Shown: one piece after another, positions 56,916 to 64,000 of the stretch
Position numbering within the stretch: position 1 is the stretch's first letter
How the letters are laid out: each line of letters starts with the position of its first letter
Source of the DNA: an uncultured Gemmatimonadaceae bacterium
Lineage (GTDB): Bacteria > Gemmatimonadota > Gemmatimonadetes > Gemmatimonadales > Gemmatimonadaceae
NCBI GenBank assembly: GCA_963740355.1
Contig: CAVUDW010000002.1
Span: 256,001-320,000, forward strand
Direction of reading: 5' to 3'
DNA: 64,000 bases
Program-made: the position numbers and the translations under genes
The notes under the pieces: generated by a model
Seen by the model: the letters and a program-made list of their open reading frames with translations, nothing else
Told to the model about the DNA's origin: nothing
Databases searched by the model: none

Positions 56916-59084
56916 CTACGGGGTGACGTCGAGGCGTACGCGGACGATGCGCGAGGAGCCGGGCATGATGTTGTTGTTGCCTTGCGATGTGGTGTAGTAG
57001 CGGCGGTCGAAGAGGTTCTCGACGTTCAGCTGCGCGCGCACCGACTTGGTCAACGTGACGAACCCCGCGGCGTCGATGCGGGTGAAGGCCGGCAACGTGA
57101 CGGCGTTGTCGATGGCGGCGAACATCTTCGCCTGCTGCACGATACCGACACCGGTCCCGACGCGCTTCGCGATCTGGTAGCGATTCCAGAGTGAGAGCGT
57201 CTGGCGCGGAACCAGTGGTACGCGGGCGCCGGCGGCAGCGGCACTGGTGCGCGACATGATGCGCGCCACCTGATTCACGTAGCCACCAGCAATCTGCCAG
57301 CGTGCGGTGGGTGATCCGCTCGCACCGACTTCCCAACCGGTGGTGCGCTGTGCGCCGGTCTGCACCACCACGCCGGCGAGGTTCGGATCGGGAGCGGTGG
57401 TGTTGGTCCGATCGAGACGATAGACCGCGGCCGTCAACGCCAGGTCAGGACGCGCATCCCACTTCACGCCCACTTCGCGATTCGTGAACTGCTCCGGCTC
57501 CAGCGTCTGCGTGGTGGCGGTGAGTGAGCCGAACTGATCGCCGCTGCCCGGCAGGAACGAGACACCGAGGCTGCCGTAGATCGAGAGGGGCGTGATCGGC
57601 TTGATGACCAGGCCGGCGCGTGGCGATACGAGGTTGTCCGTGCGCGACAGGCTCTGTTGGTTGCGATTGTTGCGGTAGTCGAGCACGAGGTGGTCGAAGC
57701 GAATGCCAAGGATTCCCTGCACATGCTCGCCAATCTCGACCTGATGCTGCGCATAGACCGCTTGGGTGGTGTACGTCGTCCGGCTGTTGGCATCGGTCGC
57801 GCTGTAGCGGAACTCCACCGGTGCCGTTACCGTCGGTGCGGTGAAGGGCACGGCATAACTGGTCGCAGTGCTGCCCGTGGCGCCGAAGTAGGCGGTGTTG
57901 CGCTGGTTGTCGGTGCGCTGCGATGCGAATTCAGCGCCAAGGAGCAGCGTGTGACGGAGGATGCCACGCGTGATCGTCGTGGTGACATCCGTCTGGTTGA
58001 AGACGTTGCTGCGATCGGTGCCGTTGTTGTAGCCCTGCAGGTTGACGGTGGCCATGTTGGTGGCCACCGCACCGGGAAAGACATTCTGGTAGAACTTGTC
58101 GTACGTCATGTAGCGCGTGCGATTGCGCAGCTGGATGCCGCTCACCGCGTCGTTACCCGCCCACAGCGTCCGATCGACCGTGGCGGCCACACTCTGCGCC
58201 TCGAGGCGTGAGCGACTGGCATTCGGGTCGCCGAAATAGGTCTCGATCGGTGTTGGCGACGGAGCGCCCTGGTACGAGGGGATGCCGCGATCGACCACAC
58301 GCCGGTCGGTGTAATACTCGTACCCAACGCGCACCATCGTGCCACCCAGCATCAGCGATGCGGTGGGGTTGATGCCGATGCGCTCGCCGCCTGACTGCTG
58401 CCGGAAGCTGGCCGAATTTTCGTAGAGTGCGTTGAGGCGCCCCGCGAGCTTCGGCGTGATGCCCTGGCCGATGTCGAGTGCCGTGCGTCGCTGGTCGAAG
58501 CTCCCACCGGTGACGCCGAGTGAGCGGGTTGTGAACCACTGCGCATCCTTGGTCACGCGGTTGATCACACCGCCGCCACCGCCACGTCCGAAGGTCATCG
58601 CATTCGGGCCCTTGAGCGCCTCGACGCGTTCGACATTGTAGACATCGCGGTAGTACTGGGCGTCGTCACGGATGCCGTCGATGAAGAAGTCGGCGGTGGT
58701 GCTCTGCCCGCGAATCGTGGGGGCGTCGCGATGGCCTTCGCCCTGTCCCATGGTCATGCCGGGGACATAGCGCACCACGTCGGCCATGCCCTGCATCGCC
58801 TGGTCAGCGATGAGCGACTTGCTGATCACCGTCGCCGACTGGGGCAGGTCGCGGAGCAGCATGTCTGTGCGGGTGGCGCTCGTCGAGCGCTTGACGTTGT
58901 AGGCTGGCCGCCGGCGGATGGAGTCGGTGATGGTCACTCGGCTGAGCATCGCCTTGGCCGCCGAATCGCGCGGGGGGGCTGGCTGTTGCTGGGCGGTGAG
59001 TGCGGCCGCAGACAGGCAGAGCGCTGCCGTGGTGGCGGCGGCGCGCGCGGTGGAGGCGAGGGTGGTGCGGGCAGCTCGGGGCAT
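56916..59084 (-). CDS. TonB-dependent siderophore receptor (PiuA/Fiu-like)
   Basis: SATRTDMLLRDLPQSATVI, GQGEGHRD, IRGQ, DFFIDGIRD, NVERVEALKGP, GGGGVINRVTK, C-terminal LNVENLFDRRY. Confidence 0.93.
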   Translation of the reverse strand: MPRAARTTLASTARAAATTAALCLSAAALTAQQQPAPPRDSAAKAMLSRVTITDSIRRRPAYNVKRSTSATRTDMLLRDLPQSATVISKSLIADQAMQGMADVVRYVPGMTMGQGEGHRDAPTIRGQSTTADFFIDGIRDDAQYYRDVYNVERVEALKGPNAMTFGRGGGGGVINRVTKDAQWFTTRSLGVTGGSFDQRRTALDIGQGITPKLAGRLNALYENSASFRQQSGGERIGINPTASLMLGGTMVRVGYEYYTDRRVVDRGIPSYQGAPSPTPIETYFGDPNASRSRLEAQSVAATVDRTLWAGNDAVSGIQLRNRTRYMTYDKFYQNVFPGAVATNMATVNLQGYNNGTDRSNVFNQTDVTTTITRGILRHTLLLGAEFASQRTDNQRNTAYFGATGSTATSYAVPFTAPTVTAPVEFRYSATDANSRTTYTTQAVYAQHQVEIGEHVQGILGIRFDHLVLDYRNNRNQQSLSRTDNLVSPRAGLVIKPITPLSIYGSLGVSFLPGSGDQFGSLTATTQTLEPEQFTNREVGVKWDARPDLALTAAVYRLDRTNTTAPDPNLAGVVVQTGAQRTTGWEVGASGSPTARWQIAGGYVNQVARIMSRTSAAAAGARVPLVPRQTLSLWNRYQIAKRVGTGVGIVQQAKMFAAIDNAVTLPAFTRIDAAGFVTLTKSVRAQLNVENLFDRRYYTTSQGNNNIMPGSSRIVRVRLDVTP

Positions 59085-59093
59085 CGTCGTAGA

Positions 59094-59108
59094 TGAGAAT
59101 GGCTATCA
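59094..59108. promoter_or_regulatory. Fur-like box (7-1-7) upstream of the TonB-dependent receptor
   Basis: On the minus strand TGATAGC-C-ATTCTCA, ending 9 nt before the ATG. Confidence 0.65.
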
Positions 59109-59126
59109 AGAAGCGTTGACGCCACG

Positions 59127-59155
59127 AGAATGCCATCGAATGCCGACAATGTCAA
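59127..59155 (-). promoter_or_regulatory. Putative sigma70 promoter of the TonB-dependent receptor
   Basis: Minus strand TTGACA (59155-59150), 17 nt, CATTCT (59132-59127). Confidence 0.6.
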
Positions 59156-59177
59156 TCGGGATTAAAACGGACGAAGC

Positions 59178-59214
59178 TGGGGACGGAGTTCTCGAGCTCT
59201 TGGGGACGGAGTTC
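59178..59214. repeat. 14-nt direct repeat TGGGGACGGAGTTC
   Basis: Exact copies at 59178-59191 and 59201-59214. Confidence 0.75.
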
Positions 59215-59247
59215 CTGAGCTGAAGACCCCCCCACCGGTTCACCCGC

Positions 59248-59294
59248 TTCAAGGGGTCAGAGTCCTTGAATTTCATGGACTCTGACCCCTTGAA
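59248..59294. repeat. Perfect 18-bp inverted repeat (REP-like hairpin, possible terminator of the BNR/VPS10 gene)
   Basis: TTCAAGGGGTCAGAGTCC (59248-59265) and GGACTCTGACCCCTTGAA (59277-59294), 15 nt past the stop at 59310. Confidence 0.85.
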
Positions 59295-59309
59295 CACTCG
59301 CGGCGCCAT

Positions 59310-62300
59310 TCAGGCGATCGGCTTCACCCGCTTCGGGATCACGATCGGCGCCACCCCCAGCGCCGCAACCTTCGCGTTGAAGGCGGCCACATCCCGGCTC
59401 AACACCTCTTCCAGCCGCTTCACCATCGGGGCCCACTGAGTCACCAGTTCACCCGTGCGCTGCACCGCACCGGCGGTCGGACGCCCTTCCGGGCCACCAT
59501 GGATGTAGCCATTCGTGCCAGTGACGTTGGCGTAGGTCTCGGCCAGTTGATTGTCGAGGCGGCCGCCGAATCGCAGCACGTCGTACGTCACCTTGATGCG
59601 CGGTTCGGTCATGAGCTTTTCCAGCGAATCGAGCGACGCCTCGAGCGACGTGGCGAGTGGCGACAACTCGCTCGCCACCCCAGCCTTCGTCGCCTGATCG
59701 AGACTGGCTCGCACCTGCGTATGCACACCACGCATGGTTTCGATCGAGCGGTTCAGCGATTCGAGCGTGTCGCGCAGCTGTCGCGCCGTCTCGAACTGGG
59801 CTGCGTAGTCCGCCGTCGAGACGTCGGTGAGTCGCGGATCGGACAACACCTTGAAGGCGCGCGTTTGTGTGACGCTGCCGGCGATCAGCCGCGCTTCATA
59901 CGCGCCCGGCACCGCACGAATGCCACCGGTGTAGCCCCACAGCACCTGGTCCGGTGCCATCAGTGGCCCAGGCCAGGTGAGATCCCACACCACCGCGTGC
60001 GCTCCGGCCTTCACCGGCAGCACCGGCTGCTGCCGACGCCGACTTTCGGCTGTATCGGTGGTCAGCGTCCGCACGATTGCGCCGGCCGCAGTGCGAATCT
60101 CGATCGAGTACGGCGTGGTCACACTGTCACGCAGCAAGAGGTGCAACACGGCGCCATTGGGCGGATTGTCGAGCGGCGTCTCTCGACCACCGGATCCACC
60201 ACTCTGGCTCCGATCCGCGCGCACCACATCACGCGGTGTGTGAAGGTGAATCGCGGTCGCTGGCTTGGCGGCCGCCAGCTGCTGCAATGGCGTCAGGTCG
60301 TCGAGGATCCACAAGGAACGCCCCTGTGTGCCGACGATCAGGTCATCGTTGTAGAGCTGCAGGTCACTGATCGGAACGATCGGCAGGTTGCGCTGGAAAC
60401 TCTGCCAGTGCGCACCGTTGTCGATCGACGTGAACAGGCCGTACTCGGTGCCGGCGTAGAGCAGGCCAGCGCGTGATGCATCCTCGCGCACGACGCGCAC
60501 TGGATAGTCGGCGGGAATGCCATTGGTGCCATCAGCAATCCGCGTCCACGTCTTGCCGTAGTCCTCCGTGCGCCAGGCATACGGGGTGTAGTCATCGAGG
60601 CGATAGCGATGCACCGCGATGTAGGCGCGCCCCGGCACATGGCGAGATACGTCGATGCGATTGACGGTACCGAACTTCGGCATCCCTGTCGGCGTGATGT
60701 CCTGCCAGCTGGTGCCCCCGTCCCGGGTGATGTGCACACGACCATCATCGCTGCCGGTCCACAACACCTTCGCGTCCTTCGGGTCTTCCGCCAGCGAGAA
60801 GATGGTGTTGAACATCTCGACACCAGTCTGGTCGCCGTTGATCGGCCCGCCCGCCATGTTCTGCGTCGACTTGTCGTTGGTCGTCAGGTCCGGGCTGATC
60901 ACCGTCCACGACATCCCGCCATCGCGGGTGCGATGCACAACCTGCGAGGCGTGATACACAACGTTGCGATCATGGCGTGAGACGAGAATCGGCGCCACCC
61001 ACTGGAAGCGATACTTCAGGTCCGTCGCCTTCTGTCCAACCTGCTGCTGTGGATAGGCGATCACGTCACGCCGTGTGTCTCGCTTCGGTTCATACCGATT
61101 GATCGCGCCACCGTAACAGCCGCCGTAGATCACATCGGGGTAGTCCGGATTCAATGCCACCGGCCCCGTCTCGCATCCGCCGGCGTTCATCCACGCATTC
61201 ATCGGATGCAGCGTGTTCGCGTCGAGCACCGACGGCACGGAGATCGAGGTATTGTCCTGCTGCGCCGAATAGACGCGGTACGGGAACGCATGGTCGACTA
61301 TCACGTCATACATCTCAGCAGTCGCCATCAGGTTCATGCTGCTCCACGTCTTCCCGCCTGTCAGCGACACGACTGATCCGCCGTCATCGCTCAATCCTAT
61401 GATGCGCGGATTGGTCGGGTTGATCCACAGGTCGTGGGTGTCGCCGTGCGGCACCGGGACGGCCTCGAACGTGCGCCCACCATCGACTGACTTGTGCAAC
61501 TGCACACTCATCAACCAGACCTGATTTTCGCTCGATGGGTCGGCCACGATCCGGTAGTAGTACCACGCCCGCTGCCGGATCTTGTTCTCGGCGTTGACAC
61601 GGGTCCACGTGCCACCGCCGTCATCGGATCGATAGAGCCCGCCGGCGGGTTCCGCCTCGACCAGCGCCCAGATGCGATCGGGGTTCACCGGTGAGATCGT
61701 GATGCCGACCTTGCCCACCAAGCCCGTCGGCAAGCCCCCGCCGAGCTTCGTCCACGTGTCGCCGCCGTCGGTGGAGCGATACACACCACTCTCCGGACCG
61801 CCGGAGATCATCGTCCACGGCTTCCGCTCGGCGCGCCACATCCCGGCGAAGAGGATGCGCGGGTTCTTCGGATGCATCACCAGTTCACTGGCACCGGTGC
61901 TGTCGTTCAGGAACAGCACCTGCTGCCATGTCGCGCCGCCATCCTTCGAGCGGTAGATGCCCCGTTCCTTGTTCTTGCCGAACGGGTGGCCGAGCGCCGA
62001 TACGTACACCAGATCCGGATTCGTGGGGTGCACGACCACACGTCCGATCGCACCGGTCTCGCGCAATCCACTGAAGCTCCAGGTGCGACCGGCATCGCTC
62101 GACTTCCACAAGCCGCGGCCGGTGGACGAGTTGCCTCGTACGTCCTGTGATCCGGTGCCGACATAGATCACGTTCGGATCCGAGTCGGCGACATCGATCG
62201 AACCGATCACACCACCGAAATACTTGTCGGTGATGGGCTGCCAGCTTTGACCGGCATCCTCCGTGCGAAAGACGCCGCCGCCGGTGCTGCCGGAGTAGAA

Positions 62301-62537
62301 GAGAAACGGCGACGACGCGACACCCGCGATCGCCGTGGAGCGACCGGCGCGATACGGCCCAATCTGCCGGTACCGCATCGAGCCAAGCAGCGTGCTGTCA
62401 ATCGCGGCAGCAGGAGGGCTGTCCGGTGCGCGTGCTGGACGCGCGCGCTGCGCGTCGGCGATCGGCGCGAGGGCGAGAAGGGCGACGAGCGCGACCACAC
62501 TGCGCAGGGTCGCTCGGAGGTGTCGGAATGCGTGCAT
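59310..62537 (-). CDS. Secreted BNR/Asp-box beta-propeller protein (VPS10/sortilin-like, often annotated glycosyl hydrolase)
   Basis: Signal peptide from ATG 62537, RQIGPYRAGR, many SxDGGxTW Asp-boxes, PHGDTHDLWINP, TQGRSLWILDD. Confidence 0.9.
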   Translation of the reverse strand: MHAFRHLRATLRSVVALVALLALAPIADAQRARPARAPDSPPAAAIDSTLLGSMRYRQIGPYRAGRSTAIAGVASSPFLFYSGSTGGGVFRTEDAGQSWQPITDKYFGGVIGSIDVADSDPNVIYVGTGSQDVRGNSSTGRGLWKSSDAGRTWSFSGLRETGAIGRVVVHPTNPDLVYVSALGHPFGKNKERGIYRSKDGGATWQQVLFLNDSTGASELVMHPKNPRILFAGMWRAERKPWTMISGGPESGVYRSTDGGDTWTKLGGGLPTGLVGKVGITISPVNPDRIWALVEAEPAGGLYRSDDGGGTWTRVNAENKIRQRAWYYYRIVADPSSENQVWLMSVQLHKSVDGGRTFEAVPVPHGDTHDLWINPTNPRIIGLSDDGGSVVSLTGGKTWSSMNLMATAEMYDVIVDHAFPYRVYSAQQDNTSISVPSVLDANTLHPMNAWMNAGGCETGPVALNPDYPDVIYGGCYGGAINRYEPKRDTRRDVIAYPQQQVGQKATDLKYRFQWVAPILVSRHDRNVVYHASQVVHRTRDGGMSWTVISPDLTTNDKSTQNMAGGPINGDQTGVEMFNTIFSLAEDPKDAKVLWTGSDDGRVHITRDGGTSWQDITPTGMPKFGTVNRIDVSRHVPGRAYIAVHRYRLDDYTPYAWRTEDYGKTWTRIADGTNGIPADYPVRVVREDASRAGLLYAGTEYGLFTSIDNGAHWQSFQRNLPIVPISDLQLYNDDLIVGTQGRSLWILDDLTPLQQLAAAKPATAIHLHTPRDVVRADRSQSGGSGGRETPLDNPPNGAVLHLLLRDSVTTPYSIEIRTAAGAIVRTLTTDTAESRRRQQPVLPVKAGAHAVVWDLTWPGPLMAPDQVLWGYTGGIRAVPGAYEARLIAGSVTQTRAFKVLSDPRLTDVSTADYAAQFETARQLRDTLESLNRSIETMRGVHTQVRASLDQATKAGVASELSPLATSLEASLDSLEKLMTEPRIKVTYDVLRFGGRLDNQLAETYANVTGTNGYIHGGPEGRPTAGAVQRTGELVTQWAPMVKRLEEVLSRDVAAFNAKVAALGVAPIVIPKRVKPIA

Positions 62538-62722
62538 GTGCCGGGTGGGTGGAAGCGACAGCGGTCGTGGCGGTCGGAATCGCGCCTCTCCTGCAGCATA
62601 CGCGACCGTCGCATCCCTCGCTGATCGGCACACAGGCGCCGGCTGCGCTTGCGGACAGGTCGAGCGCTGGCGATGCTCTACTATCCGGTTCTGCCTCACG
62701 TCCCCACCCGGGAGTCCATCCA

Positions 62723-63187
62723 ATGCGATCGCTGCGCCTGCTCTCTGCTGTTGCTGTGCTCTTCACGCTTACCAGCGCCCTTGCCGCACCGGCTCGCCTC
62801 GTGGCGCAGAGCACGGATACCGCGGCCGCAGCGCCTGCCAAGAAGCCGGTGAAGGGCCGCGCCAATCTGATTTCAGAGGAAGAGATCGCGGCTCTGGGTG
62901 GCACGATTCAGACGGCCTATGGCATCGTGCAACGCCTCCGTCCAGCGATGCTCCGCGTGCGGTCTGGCTCGACCTCCAGCCAGAGTGGCGGCAGCAGCAC
63001 GATGGACGCATCAGCAAACGAAATCGTCGTCTACCTCGACAACCAGAAGATGGGCGGCGTACGCGCGCTCGACGAGATCACGCTGTCGCAGATCAAGGAG
63101 ATCAAGTATCTCAGCGCCAGCGACGCCACCACGCTCTTCGGCACCGGCAACATGGCGGGTGCAATTCAGGTCATCGGCAAGCGTTGA
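62723..63187 (+). CDS. Small secreted protein resembling an isolated TonB-dependent receptor plug domain
   Basis: GGAG RBS, signal peptide, NLISEEEI, TAYGIVQRLRP, VVYLD, IKEIKYLSASDATTLFGTGNMAGAIQV. Stops with no barrel. Confidence 0.75.
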   Translation: MRSLRLLSAVAVLFTLTSALAAPARLVAQSTDTAAAAPAKKPVKGRANLISEEEIAALGGTIQTAYGIVQRLRPAMLRVRSGSTSSQSGGSSTMDASANEIVVYLDNQKMGGVRALDEITLSQIKEIKYLSASDATTLFGTGNMAGAIQVIGKR

Positions 63188-63207
63188 TTCTGCAACTGCT
63201 TTAACGC

Positions 63208-64000
<793 letters not shown>

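Noticed and set aside
62426..62723. ORF-track extended starts for the BNR protein (62723 -) and plug protein (62426 +)
   Set aside because: Mutually overlapping extensions; signal peptides begin at 62537 (-) and 62723 (+).

Overview
High-GC bacterial DNA; gene content suggests Gemmatimonadota, but this is inference only. Positions 1-48286 hold one + strand, almost fully translationally coupled hybrid cis-AT PKS/NRPS cluster that is truncated at the left edge. Gene order: NRPS tail (A-PCP), hybrid PKS (KS-AT-KR-carrier), NRPS (beta-hairpin docking-C-A-PCP, no TE), a pair of atypical alpha/beta-hydrolases (GIRLG and GLCSG elbows), a type II thioesterase, six single-module PKS genes (three with in-cis methyltransferases) and an EamA/DMT transporter. 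Docking motifs suggest gene order differs from assembly order: the last PKS ends in a WEEGSL motif of the kind that hands off to an NRPS. Three PKS genes carry frameshifts (1, about 10, and 2), most likely long-read indel errors. Downstream lie a PepSY-TM protein and a TonB-dependent receptor, each with a Fur-like box, a lipoprotein hydrolase, lspA, an S9 peptidase-TPR fusion, an ECF sigma/anti-sigma/Spy-like set, two repeat/palindrome elements, a BNR/VPS10-like propeller protein, a stand-alone TonB-plug-like protein and the 3' part of an IS110 transposase. All domain calls come from reading motifs by eye; no searches were run.
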